A stretch of DNA of 64,000 nucleotides from Octopus bimaculoides (lineage: Eukaryota). Positions within the stretch are counted from its first letter, which is position 1; every line of letters starts with the position of its first letter. Below, piece by piece: positions 25,619 through 38,685 of the stretch. The notes beneath the pieces are model-generated. The model was not told the origin of the DNA and did not search any database. It saw only the letters and a program-made list of their open reading frames with translations. Where the stretch lies: contig NC_069003.1 in assembly GCF_001194135.2 (NCBI RefSeq), forward strand, positions 25,288,936-25,352,935. The letters run 5' to 3'. The translations under genes were made by a program, and so were the position numbers.

Positions 25619-26043
25619 CCATCGTCTTTTCCTTGAAGAACATCGGTGGATGGAGAGGCTGGTGTGTATGGGCGACTGCTGGTCTTCCATAAACAATCTT
25701 GCCCGGACTTGTGCCGCGGAGGGGAACTTTCTTGGTGCAATCTCATGGTCATTCATGACTGAATGGAGTCTTACATAACTATATTTCATTCAAAGCTGCT
25801 TTGTATGCCTCGTTTATTCCATCATGACGAAGCTTTACGCATATCTGCACGTCAATTGAGAAAGATCCGACAATGGCCGATACAGCTTGGCACCAATGAC
25901 GTTGCAACTCAAATTCTACAGCTGAGTGAACTGGAGTAACATGAAATAAAGTGTCTTACTTAAGAACACAACACACAGCCGAGTCTGTGAATCGAACTCA
26001 CTACCTCATAATTGTGAGCCCGACGCTCTAACCACTGAGCCAT
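25619..26043. mobile_element. tRNA-derived SINE split into two oppositely oriented halves (3' half + strand 25619-25772; head half - strand 25869-26043)
   Basis: Minus-strand head GGCTCAGTGGTTAGAGCG...GAGTTCGATTC. The halves rejoin through an inverted 8-bp duplication CCATCGTC / GACAATGG. That the two halves belong to one SINE rests on my recollection of the family consensus. Confidence 0.65.
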
Positions 26044-26151
26044 GTATAGTTACGTTTAACATGCTCATAAGGCTGGTTTCCCAGATTCTTTGCCGAACAT
26101 ATTACCAACCGCTTGAACGAGACGCCGGCCCGTCGCAAGATTACTCATTTT

Positions 26152-26764
26152 GGATCTAGTTTAAAACGGGGGCACCAGTATATTCTTAACGAAACACTAA
26201 CGAAACACTTTGAAACTTGGGACACTGGTAGAATGTGTCATATAAAACATCTTTTACTCTTAGTCTTCTTAACACAAAAAAAAAGGAATTCGCAAGTTAT
26301 TCCATGTTAAAGTTGTCGTATTTCTGTAATTTCAACCAATCACTGACGTCTATTCAGCTGAATAGAGTTACTGCTGGGCGGTCATAAAAATGTTATTCCC
26401 TGTGACATATTTCATCCGGTTTAATCGTAATTTATACGCATATATTGTTTATATAATAAATTACGCTGTGCGTATCTATGTGTGTAACAATTTTAGAGTT
26501 CGGATTCTAGAGTTAGGGTTACGGTTAGGGTTAGGGGATTAATAGGATACACACCGTTACAGCGCTAACTGTTTTCAACTGAATAGACGTCAGTGATTAG
26601 TAGAAATAAGACAATTTTTTACATGAAATAAATTCGAATACAAACATTTTTTTCTGTTCTATAACACAAAATAGATAAGTATACGAAGTTTGAAAGTCTT
26701 TCGGTACAAAAAACACTACATAAAACATAAATGAAAACTGGTGCCCCCGTTTTAAAATAGATCC
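26152..26764. mobile_element. GGATC-ended fold-back MITE, subfamily 2, with central TTAGGG-like repeats
   Basis: GGATCTAGTTTAAAACGGGGGCACCAG ... CTGGTGCCCCCGTTTTAAAATAGATCC; centre gttagggttacggttagggttagggg. Confidence 0.85.
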
Positions 26765-27654
26765 AACGATTCTCCCAGCTCGTCGCCATCCCTTCAGACT
26801 AATATTAACAGACTCAGAAAAAGTATTGCACAATCAAATTATCATTAAGTGCAAAGTGAATAATAAATTCAGGAAACACCAGCTGCAACTTTATGATAGA
26901 CTGTTCAAAGTCAATAGAAACTGCCGACAAGAAACTTAACGAGCAAACTAATCTCCTCCAAATACGAATTGCGAGCTGCTTGTCAAGATTTTCGTTACCG
27001 GGGGAAAAAACTTGAATTCAAAACCGTCAATTGCAAGTGTGCACTAAAAGCGGATGTATCGCGCAGTATTGTAACACTTGAGTTTATAGGTCGTTGTTTG
27101 TTAGTATTAGTTAGCAGCATGTTGTCCCATAATAAACCAAATACGAACTTTGTTGAAATACATTTTGTTGTTGTTAGAGTAATTTACATTTACACACAGT
27201 TTTCTAGGTGTTATCAGTAGTGTATTGCAGAAAGCTAGAAGCGAATACAGCTGTAATTAAATTACGGATAAAAATGATAACTGTCCCGTGGGAGGAGAAA
27301 ATAGTGTTTGCTCGTCCTAGAGGAAGAATTTCTTTTTACCCTGGGCTGAATTTCAGTGAAGGAAAACTTGACGTTGCAAAGGCTGAAGGGCCACTTTCTG
27401 GTTGATCCTGGTGAGCTTTCGCTTTATAAATACAAACACTCGGGAACTTGTAGAACCTTGTAGAATATTCTACTATATGTCGTGATATATTTCTACAAAC
27501 CTATTAATTAATAACCAGGATACATCACCTGACTTGAGTGTGGTCTTATATTGGCAACTGAAACTGCTAGGCTTCGATTTTAGGTCTCGATACAGTATTA
27601 AAGGCCATACCATGAAGGTTATAAAAGCCCTACTCCAGGATGACCTAGAGTAAT

Positions 27655-29460
27655 TTTGAAGCCATGAAATCACGTGGTTAAATGAGTACTGCACGCACAT
27701 CTCCAAAAATTTATACCAACCGTGAAACTCTCCTAACGATTGTTGCAAAACTACCGACAGAAGATCACATAGAAGAGACCAAGTAAATGTTTATTGGTAC
27801 AGAAAGCTCACATTCTAAAGAGAACCTTTCGCCAACCCGTTCAAAAGAACAATGAACGCTGGAATTGACGTGCCAGACTGGCTAACAGTTTCACGTACAA
27901 CACTAGTAGCTGAAATCTGGGAGATACATGAGGACGAAAACTAGACCATGGCATGTTTGAATGTGATGTATAAATCATACACAAGTTACTTGAAGCTTTC
28001 TTCTATGTTCACTGTGAAACACAATGTGTTGACTGAAAAGCATGTAGGAAGAAATAAAGGAGCCTGAGCCCGTGTCGAACAGCTCCTCGTCAACAAAGCT
28101 GTGCTTAAAGAAGCGAAACAGCACCGTCGAAACCTGCTGATTATATGGTTAGACTGTAAGAAGGCGTTTGACTCTGTTCCTCACTCACAAGTAACAGAAC
28201 CACTACGTCTTGCCAAGGTTCCAGTTGCTCTAGTCTGTACCATTAAGAGACTGACAACATCATGATCTGCTGAGCTATCGATAAGAATTGAACCTACCAC
28301 TAAAATCACTAACAGAATTTATACATCAACAGGAATATTTCAGGGCGACATCTTATCAGTAATGCTTTTGGTTCTGGCAGTAAACCTTTTGTCAGCTCTG
28401 TTAAGGAAATCCAAAGGCTCTGCAAATAAAAGGAAGATGAGTTTCATCCAAATCTTATTTGTTGATGACCTTGAGTTGTACTCGAGTAATTTTCATAACA
28501 AAATGTAGTTAGATTTTGTCACAACATTCTCACAGGGCTTAAGAACGGAAGGGATCTTTTTTAAAACGGGGGCCACATTTTTCATTAACGAAAAACTTTG
28601 AAACTTGGAACACTGGTAGAATGTGTCATATAAAACATCTTTTTCTCTTAGTCTTCTTTAAAAAAAAAGAAATCCATAAGTTATTCCATGTTAAAGTTGT
28701 CGTATTTCTGTAATTTCAACCAATCACTGACGTCCATTCAGCCGATATACATTAAGTGTCGACTACATAAACAAACGATTCTGAAACAATTAACCCTAAC
28801 CCTAACCCTAACCCTAACCCTTGGGTTAGGGTTAGGGTTAAAGCAAATTTAAAATGAAAAAAGCAAATAAAACGAAGGTATGGAGATTAAATACGCTTTA
28901 CATCGCTTAATCAGCCAAAGGAGTAAATATAAACAACTGAATACTTGTCAGTGATTGGTTGAAATTATCGAAATAAGACAATTTTTTACATGAAATAAAT
29001 TCGAATACAAAAATATTTTTCTGTTCTATAACACAAAATAGATAAGTATACGAAGTTTGAAAGTCTTTCCGTACCAAAAACACTACGTAAAACATTAATG
29101 AAAAATGTGGCCCCCGTTTTAAAATAGATCCGAATGAAGCTTGATCGGAACAAGTGTTTATATTTGATTGCCAAATGAGAAAACATGTCGACCAAGCAAG
29201 TAATATGGACATCAATGGTTTCTCTAACTCCCCTATCACTAGTGAAAAATGTTACAAATAACTTGAAATTGATGAGAATATTGTATGTGTTAATGTCGTG
29301 AGCAAAGCTAGAGTAATAAAAGAATTTCGGAAAATATGAAAGTCAGAACTGGCATCATTCAATAAAACTATATCCAAAAATGCTTTCGCAATATCAATGC
29401 TAGAATAAACATTTAGGGTATTAAACTGGACACTTAAATCCGCAACATGGATAATCTTTG
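27655..29460 (+). mobile_element. Decayed R4/Dong-clade non-LTR retrotransposon reverse transcriptase, interrupted by the MITE at 28552-29131
   Basis: VPDWLTVSRTTL...EQLLVNKAVLKEAKQHRRNLLIIWLDCKKAFDSVPH (28077-28184), GIFQGDILS (28331), LFVDDL (about 28456). Resumes after the MITE with RNKC and W*KSELASFNK-like sequence; multiple stops. Confidence 0.8.
28552..29131. mobile_element. GGATC-ended fold-back MITE, subfamily 2, with (CCCTAA)n/(TTAGGG)n core
   Basis: TIR GGATCTTTTTTAAAACGGGGGCCACATTTTTCATTAA / TTAATGAAAAATGTGGCCCCCGTTTTAAAATAGATCC; degenerate TSD gaacggaag / gaatgaag. Confidence 0.85.
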
Positions 29461-30406
29461 GTAAATTCTACAGTAACAGCAACACTGGCAGGATCTATGT
29501 AAAACAGTGGGCTGACAGTTGATACAGTCGAGAGATCTAGCTAGTTCCGAGACACGTGCACATCATGCCCAAGTCATACGGTCTTGTCTTGATTTTTAAC
29601 CAAATAGCTTGCAGTGATATCATGAACACTATCTCAAATGTCCTTAAAGTCCACGCACTTTTCTCAATATTAAAACAGTTTCGCATCAAGAATAACGGCA
29701 GAAGTCCGAGGCTTCCACCAGAGACACGCATTTTCACTCCTCGCCACAAAGAAGCAGAACATAGCCTAGTATGGCAGAAGCAACGCTAAGTTTTTCCTGC
29801 TGAATTCCAGCCAGAAGCAGGGCCGGCACCAGGAAGTGCGGGGACCAATTAGAAAATTGTCAGTGGGGCCCTCTACTCTACAAGAGCTGAAGATTGGTGT
29901 TTTGTGCTTCGTGTAGTACGCTAGTCCCAGCTAAGAATTGTTGAGGGCTTGGGGCTCCACCATACACTACAATGATATGCTAAAAATTGAAAACTTATAT
30001 GAAAATTTGATGTTTTATTACAAGTCAAGATAATTACTGACATACTGCTTGTGAGTAGGCCTTCTAAAAACAGGCTTTCCTGGCTTTTCTTTTTATATTT
30101 GAGAAGTCTTTCAAAATCATTTCAAAGTCGATAGTTCTTATAGTCATTTTCTATAAATAGCATGCATGCATGTATTCATACATACATACATACATAGATA
30201 CATACATACTCAAAGGTGTAGCGCAAGTTACGCTGACCGCATCCACTTTAGATGTTTGCTGTAGTCGAAGGCATGTTACGTTTGAGGATAAGGACAACTA
30301 AAAAGAGAAACCAAAAACCCACGATACGTTATTGCGATCATGAGTGCGCGCGCTTAATTTTTTCTGCTTGTGTGTGTGTGTGTGACTGTCTGTAGCGTAT
30401 GTGCGT

Positions 30407-30449
<43 letters not shown>

Positions 30450-30998
30450 NNNNNNNNNNNNNNNNNNNNNNNNNNNNNNNNNNNNNNNNNNNNNNNNNNN
30501 NNNNNNNNNNNNNNNNNNNNNNNNNNNNNNNNNNNNNNNNNNNNNNNNNNNNNNNNNNNNNNNNNNNNNNNNNNNNNNNNTTTCAGTCTTTTGACTGTGG
30601 CCATGCTGGAGCACCGCCTTTTTTTAGTCGAGCAAATCGACCCCAGGACTTATTCTTTAGAAGCCTAGTACTTATTCTATCGATCTCTTTTGCCGAACCG
30701 CTAAGTTACGGGGACATAAACACATCAGCATCGGTTGTCAAGCGATGTTGGAGGGACAAACACACACATACAAACATACACACATACATATATATATATA
30801 TACATATATACGACGGGCTTCTTTCAGTTTCCGTCTACCAAATCCACTCACAAGGCTTTGGTCGGCCCGAGGCTATAGTAGAAGACACTTGCCCAAGATG
30901 CCGCGCAGTGGGACTGAACCCGGGACCATGTGGTGTATGTATGTATTTATGTTTGTTTGTGTATGAGAGAGATAGAGGGTGAGGCATAATCAGTAACC

Positions 30999-31888
30999 GG
31001 GGCAAAATGAGTAACTTCTGATTTCTCGTTATTTTCTCCTTATCTGTTTGAAATCATTACATTGCAAGTATTGCATCGTTATTTTATACTGTTGAATCAT
31101 GTTCAGGAGTAAAAATTGATCGCTATTGTTGTTGTTGAAATTGAGAGAATCCGAAACAAAGTCAGGTGGCAGGTTCTCTTTTTTTTTTTTCCAAGAAATT
31201 TTTCATCAACTTTTGACCAGATTTTAATTGAGGTTGGATAATTTTTGGTGTTTAACCATCGATATTCTTTTTCCGTTGGACTCTAAGTTAATTTTTCCCA
31301 CACTAATGTCTAATTTGATAATTTTCAAGTTTCAAAACATGATGTCTAAAATGGGGTAAAGTGAGTAATGACTAATTTAGAAAATTTCGTCTTTTTCACT
31401 GCATGGTACATAAATATATCAAGAAAAGTACTCACCAGCAGATTGTGAAGAAGCTATAGAGAATATTCTATGTTGAGTTTTTTTTTTTTTTCTTTTCATC
31501 TAGTCGAGTTTCGTTAATTTCATATCACATGCCATTTTCCCCTGATCCTCTCTCATTTGACCTAGATATTTTAATTTTCTATTTTCCATTTCTGATCTTT
31601 CTGCTGCCTAGGGGTGGATGTTAATGTGTATGAGTCTGTTTCCTGGAGAACTGAAGCGGCAAATTTACTTTTATCTTGGCCTACTCGTTTTTGGCCCAGC
31701 CAAATTTGTCTTTTATATGCTCAAAGAGAACGGCGATAATTTTCTGAAATAATGATCAGATTATATTATAATGCTTTTAATGCATTTAGGGAAGGTCATT
31801 TGCTTAGTTGAACAGTTTGTTAAATATATATATGTATATATATATATANNNNNNNNNNAATTGCAGTAAAAATACCTCATTTTGCCCC
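30999..31888. mobile_element. Probable degraded TIR DNA transposon remnant
   Basis: ggggcaaaatgagta at 30999 is inverted as tacctcattttgcccc at 31873-31888; internal repeat ggggtaaagtgagtaa near 31352. No transposase recognised. Confidence 0.4.
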
Positions 31889-31958
31889 ACAAATATTCAA
31901 CTTATCGACGAGAGAGGTCAGCGAAAATTAATGTTGTATTATATTATACACACACAGA

Positions 31959-31994
<36 letters not shown>

Positions 31995-32345
31995 AGTCTA
32001 TTATAAATATTTATATTCTACACTGTGCAGTGAGTAAACGTTTCTAAACTTGTGTGTGTGTGTATTACATATGAAATCACGTCTTAAATGCTATAATTAA
32101 TATACTTAATTTTTTCTAAAAAGAAAATAATACATTTATTAGAAATTTTTATTCTCCGTTATGAATAATTTCAAAATTATGTTTGAAATTTAATTAATTT
32201 TCTTGAAAGAAAAACCGAAGACAAAAAGGTAAGTAACGGAATAAAAATTTTAAGGGTTTAAAAAATGAGGAGGAATGGTATGAGAAACAGAATGAAAGAT
32301 TAATCGAATAACAGAATACTAAAAATACGAAGGTAGCGTTACAAG

Positions 32346-32363
32346 ATGGCTTCCTTCTTGCAG
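32346..32363 (+). CDS. VPS11: VPS11 coding exon 1 (MASFLQ)
   Basis: caagATGGCTTCCTTCTTGCAG|gtaggc. Joins in phase 0 to WRRFNFF at 43347, matching the VPS11 N-terminus as recalled (human MAAYLQWRRFVFF). Confidence 0.85.
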
Positions 32364-33031
32364 GTAGGCGTTTGTTGACATCCTATATTTTTGTTTTCTG
32401 CTTGATATATTTCAGCTGATTTATTTCAATAAATGTCCCAAGAAGGATTTTTCTGATACTTCTATTATTCTTTCGTATCAGTTTGATTTTTGTGGAACTA
32501 TTGCTTATTTTTTTCTCAGTTTATAATCAACAATTGTCCATGCTAATTCTGTTTTTTTTTTCCTGTTAGACACGTCTCGGTTGTTTTGCTTTAACATATT
32601 CTGTTTTTTAAAGATTATTCCTACATATTTAAACACACAATAACCATAACAGTCTATATCTTCTATAACACAAATTAATTATGGTAAAATAAATTACAGT
32701 TACGAAAGAGAAGACCGACTCAAAATCCGGGACTGTCACTTTTTTCACTGATAAAGTATAACACCCATTTCTCGGTCTCTGAGTACTTTTTCAGTTAATA
32801 CTTAGAAATATAATAGGTTGTTGGAGTGGCTTTCATGCCTCTCGCATAGCTATTGATAAAGGTAAAGGTGTAAGTGAAGTGATATACAGTGGTTTTAACT
32901 GGGATATAAATTCTAGTCGCAAACTCGCCTTGACATTCTCGACCGCATCTACATTTATAATTTTCTTAATTTGATTAAAAAAAAATACATGGTTATTTTT
33001 CTCTGCCCTTTTTAAAAATTTTCATAGCATA

Positions 33032-33104
<73 letters not shown>

Positions 33105-33394
33105 ATGTGTGTAAATTGTTTGACTCATCACCACAAAGTTTCGTGGGTGTGGACAAGCCGAGTTAAAGCTGTTATTAAATGCATATAACTTCAACTGAAT
33201 GTATTGAGTGCCCCTTTCTTTCGTTTGCTGACTCTTGTATGTTATATATACATATATAATAGTAGTTATTCAAAGCTTGAGTTTACCAAATAGTGATTCA
33301 TATTTGCCAACGTAAGTAGAAACAATACTCACTGAACAGCTATATAACCCTAAATCTAACCCTAACCACTGGGTGTACGTAATCTTTACTTTCG

Positions 33395-33472
<78 letters not shown>

Positions 33473-34814
33473 TTCCAATTACGTTTTTCTATTCTACCTA
33501 ATAGTATCGGACACTTCCTTTTTATTTTCCTTCTTTTGGGTTATTGTTTTTTTGTTCCGCTTAATTACAATTCACATCAATGTGAAATCGCAATTATATA
33601 TGAGCCGTGGTGAAGAGTATATGGTCCTGAAGTAACAAATAATTGGCAAGACAGTATTTTCTTTATTTGTGGCTGATAATTTGTGGCACTAATAGTGGTA
33701 GGGACAGTGTGTGTGTGTGTGTGTGACTTTTAGCTTCTTACCCTTGTAAAAATTGATACCTTTCATTTAACAGAAAGCTACAGCACTACAGATGATGAGT
33801 ATATTGTGGATTAAGGTATAATATTCGGCTGGATTTCAACCCAGGACAGAGTACGCAGCTAAATAGTTTCAGTGTTAAACACACACACACACACTCACAC
33901 ACCTTTTATTTTTTACTGCCTTGAAGAATTTTAGTCGAATGAATAGACCCCAGTGCTTATTTTATTTAAAGCCTAGTACTTATTCTATCGGTCTCTTTTG
34001 CTGAACCGCTAAGTTACGAGGATTTAAACACCAGTATCAGTTGTCAAACGGTAGGGGTGGGGACAAACACAGACGCAACACATACACGTACACCAAATCC
34101 ACTTACAAGGCTTTGGTCAGCCCAAGGTGCTACAATGGAATTGTGGAATTGAACCCAGAACCATATGGCTAGGAAGCAAGTTTCTTACCACATAGCCACG
34201 CCTGTGCCTCTGTATATATCATCATCATCGTTTAACGTCCGCTTTCCATGCTAGCATGGTTGGACGATTTGACTGAGGACTGATGAACCAGAAGGCTACA
34301 CCAGGCTCCAATCTGATTTGGCAGAGTTTCTACAGCTGGATGCCCTTCCTAACACCAACCACTCCGAGAGTGTAGTGGGTGCTTTTACGTGCCACCAGCA
34401 CGAAGGCCAGTCAGGCGGTACTGGCAACGGGCGCGCTCAAAATGGTGTATTTTACGTGCCACCTGCACAGGAGCCAGTCCAGTGGCACTGGCAATGATCT
34501 TGCTCGAATGTCTTTACAAGTGCCAGGAAGGCGACGGTGCCATCACAATTTCACTTTCGCTTGCCCCAACAGGCCTTCGCAAGCCGAGTTTCGTGTCCAA
34601 TGAAGGAGACGACGTTGATAAAGTGGAAGAAATACATGAAGATTCTACTGTTTTGATGACAGTAGCTGATTAGTGCCATTGTTAGAAGGATAATGGAGGG
34701 ATGAGTGTTACATAGATGAGAGGTGTGGAAAACTTGATGGGTACAGATTGGGGGCTAGGCAATGCCTGGTGAGTGTATAGACATATGCAATACTTTTCTT
34801 TTTTTTTTTTTTTG

Positions 34815-35020
34815 AGTACTGTGAAATGCCAACCATCTCGGTCCTTTGTCATCTCTTCTGTAAGGCTCAACATTTTAAAATCAGTCCATTTCATCCTAGA
34901 TTTTGCACTGTCACATGTTCCATCTACTTTCAAGCTATCTGCATTTCTTTATAGACCTGTCACCCATACATATCACCTGACCATACCGGAGAGACAGATT
35001 TCCATCTATCTCTCATATTT
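34815..35020 (-). mobile_element. 3' end of an RTE-like LINE ORF
   Basis: Minus peptide ...VDGTC...KW...KMLSLTEEMTKDRDGWHFTVL resembles the terminal W..D...L......DR..WR motif of RTE-type ORFs. Confidence 0.6.
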
Positions 35021-35461
35021 GTTGTTTTGAACAGATCAAGCCTGTAAGAGATGTTATCTCGGAACAAATAGTACAACAATTAAAGTTATGGTCAGTTAGT
35101 AATATGGTAATTGCACCTGCTCAAACCGGTAAAGATAGAACAAGTAAAATTGCGGTAATAAAAACAGTTCATACAAATAAAGGAACTTGTTCTATTAATA
35201 TTTCTTCTCACCGTATATTAATAATGGTAGTGATGAGGTTAATAGCTCCTCTGATGGTCGGGGGACGGACAGACAGACACACAAATATATATAAATATGA
35301 CTGGCTTTTTTCAGTTTCCGTCTACCAAATCCACTCACAAGGCTTTGGTTGGCCCGAGGCTATAGTAGAAGACACTGGCCCAAGATGCCATGTGATTGGG
35401 AAGCAAGCTTTTTACTATACAGCCACGCTGCACTGATATGTGTATATATATCTGTCATACC

Positions 35462-35501
35462 GGCCATGACGAAGGGAAATAGCCCTGAAACTCGAGTCGC
35501 C
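35462..35501 (+). ncRNA. Degenerate minimal type I hammerhead ribozyme motif (Penelope-like element remnant)
   Basis: ggc-c(a)UGAcGA-aggg[aaauag]cccu-GAAA-c[ucga]g-UC-gcc: stems I, II and III all pair; one extra or substituted base at C3/U4. Confidence 0.6.
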
Positions 35502-35719
35502 TTTATATACTTATATTTATATATTTGATCCTTTATATTGAACACTCAATATTTCATCTACATTCAATACTTTATTTCATGGTGCCATCCATTTTTATTT
35601 TATTATATATTGTATATTATATTATATATTGTATATTCCATATTCTATACCCCACATTGGTTCTGCAGGAATATAAATAAAACATAAAAAACAGACAGTG
35701 TTGGAACTCTTTTAAGCAA

Positions 35720-35794
<75 letters not shown>

Positions 35795-36352
35795 TTGTAA
35801 GATTCATTTGAATCGAGCATTCAGAACACCAAGAGAGGGTTGAGTTTAACATATACACGTATAAACCACATACAAATACATCCATACATACACTTGTATA
35901 TCCAAACATATCCGTACTTCTGCATATATGTACATGTACACATATATACATGCATGCATATAAATATACATATACATGCAAATATATACCCATGCACACA
36001 CGCATGTAGGTTCACGATCCAATGATACCTAACTGGGAGAGTCAATCCACATCTTGTATTATTTTCTCTGAACCAAATTTTTAATCACCTGAAAGAAATG
36101 GGTTTTTTTCATGATGTAATCAAGCTACTCATCAATAAAAAATGAGTCTGAAACAACTGTAGTGAACCTTTGATCCATTTGTGTTCTTATTTTGTGTGTG
36201 TGTAAGAGAGAGAGAGAGAGATCAGTTAACATCTACTTTTCCATGCCTTGATGGGTCCTGCAGAATACACCTTTCCTGTCACCAACTCTACCCCTTTACA
36301 ACCATCACATGATATCAAGACAAGGTGTCACACATACATGTGTGTGTATATG

Positions 36353-36387
<35 letters not shown>

Positions 36388-38685
36388 CTGCATAGTTAAA
36401 TAAATAGATTGACAGATAGACAAACACAGATTTAACCCTTTAGTGTTTAAACTGGCAATATTTGGCTAAATAATTCTGTTTCATGTTCAAACTGGTCAGA
36501 TCTAGCCTCGCCCATCTGCCCTATAATATCATTCTAAAAATAAGCAATCACATCATCAAAATCTTGAAGTGTCAAGACAATGCTTGATTAATTCAATTAT
36601 CTGAACACTAAAGGGTTAATTTAGAGCCCATTTCAATGACACCATTTGGTCCTTAGGTGCTTTTAGTAGGATTAACTCTGTTATAATCGTCCAGTTTGTG
36701 TGTGTTCTGAAGAGAGGTCCTTCCCTTCCTTCAACCAATCACAGAGGTCCCACAAATTGCCATGGTTGCTACTCTCCTTTCTATTAAAAGAAAAATTGAA
36801 ATTAAACCTGTTTTTAACATGATCCAATCCTACTCCATGTCTGCTATGCAAATATATTGTCCTTCACAGTTACTTTGCAGCCTGTGGAGTTGTAGGAAGT
36901 TTAGGAAGCTTGCTTCCCAGCCACATGGTTTCAATCCTACTGTGTGGCACCTTGGGCAAGTGTCTTCTGCTATAGCCTAGGACCAACTGGCGCCTTGTGA
37001 TTGAATTTGGTTGGCAGCAGTTACTGTCATGTGTGTACATGTGTGTGTAAGCGCTTGTGCCCCTTAACAGAGAGGGTTAAAGTTTAATTTCATTGTTTTG
37101 TGTTGCTCTATGAATCAATTTTGACCACTTCTGATTTGTTTATTTTGTGATACAAGATATTCCAATAAATATTTTCGTTTAGATATCAATTATACTAAAA
37201 CAGTATCCCTTACTATATGTCTAAGTAACAATGATCTAACCAAAATCTACTACCCAGCTTTTGCGATTCAATGCTTGTTTCTTGGTGGTGTTGATATTGG
37301 CATTGTTGTTGAGTCCATAGTGTAATTTCAAGACAACCAATAATGTCAAAATTTGGAATTAACCAAAACTATTTCTGGTTTCTGCCCCACATCTTCCTGA
37401 CTAATCTATACTGTTATTAAAAATAATGTACAAAAATAAAATTCCCTCTTTTTCCTTTCAGTATTCCTGCAGTGTCTCAAAGCCTACACTACTCCAAAAC
37501 ACACCTCATTAAACATTTCGATCTTTCATCTTCAGAATTGCAGCCCTTCTCAAGAATTCTCTCTTTACCTACAATTTCCTCAGAGTTTGTTGGGTTTTTT
37601 TTTTTTTTTTTCAGTTTTTTTTTTTTAATGCTTAGAGGAGGAAGGAGAGCATACATGACCCCCTTCTCAATGCCCCCAAGTATTATTCACAGACTGGGAC
37701 CTTTTATTTGAATGTCTACAACACTATGGAGTCCACTAAAATGAGTTCATAGGGCAGGTAATGGTTGTGGTGGTGGTAATGATGACGACAGCAGTACCGG
37801 TTAACCAAGTGATGGTTTGAGTCTTCCAACCAAGCACAAAAGCAGTCTTTCTAGCAAGTTACCACATTGTTTTCATTTGCCAAATTCTACTCAGAAAACT
37901 TTGGCCCACTCAAGGCTGTGATGGAAGACACTTGCCCAAGATGTCAAAAAATGGCATCAAACACAGTCATGTGAATAATTTATTTAGACAAGGCAGCAAG
38001 CTGGAACAATCATTAGCACACTGAACAAAATGCTTAGTGGCATCTTTACATTCTGAGTTCAAATTCTGCCAAGGTCGACTTTGCTCTTCGTCCTTCCAGG
38101 GTCGATAAAATAAGTACCAGTGATCACTGGGGTTAATGTAAATCAGCTTACCTCCTCCCCTGAACTTGCTGGCCTTGTGCCAGGATTTGAAACAAGCTAT
38201 TTAAGTAGATGCTAGAGGTTGCTGTTTAGTCCAGGTCAACCTTTATTGAGTAGCTTCGTGGTCAGAGGTTTTTCAGATGTGACCATCTAATCATTTTCCA
38301 GTGCAGGGAACTGAAGGTCACATTATCCACCATGTCTTGTGGTAACTGTGAAGAATCCTTCCAGAAAGATTATACTTGTTTTGGGGTGGTAATCTTAACC
38401 TTATCACTCAGTTAAAAACCCACCACTGCCACCATCATTCTTTTAGGTTCTTTTGTGGCTTCCACTCTGAAGCATTTGAACCAGGTCTTCAATCTGCAGA
38501 GAACCCGATTTATAAGCTCCTCCTTTCTCCCCCACCCCACCCTTCAAACCTCAGCTGTTTCCCTTCCTCCTCTAACTTATAAAAATACATTTTATAAAAA
38601 GAAAGAAAAAGCATTAATTGACTACAATTTTCTTTGATCTTTCTGTTTCTTTCAGAAAAGGCTGATTCTAATCTAGATTAAAATA

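Noticed and set aside
28791-28840. Ancient telomere-fusion site
   Set aside because: Polarity is (CCCTAA)n then (TTAGGG)n, opposite to a fusion, and the array is internal to a TIR element.
31430-31480. Minus-strand GTGAGT donor suggesting a gene divergent from VPS11
   Set aside because: It lies within a probable TIR transposon remnant, and no downstream minus-strand coding exons were found.
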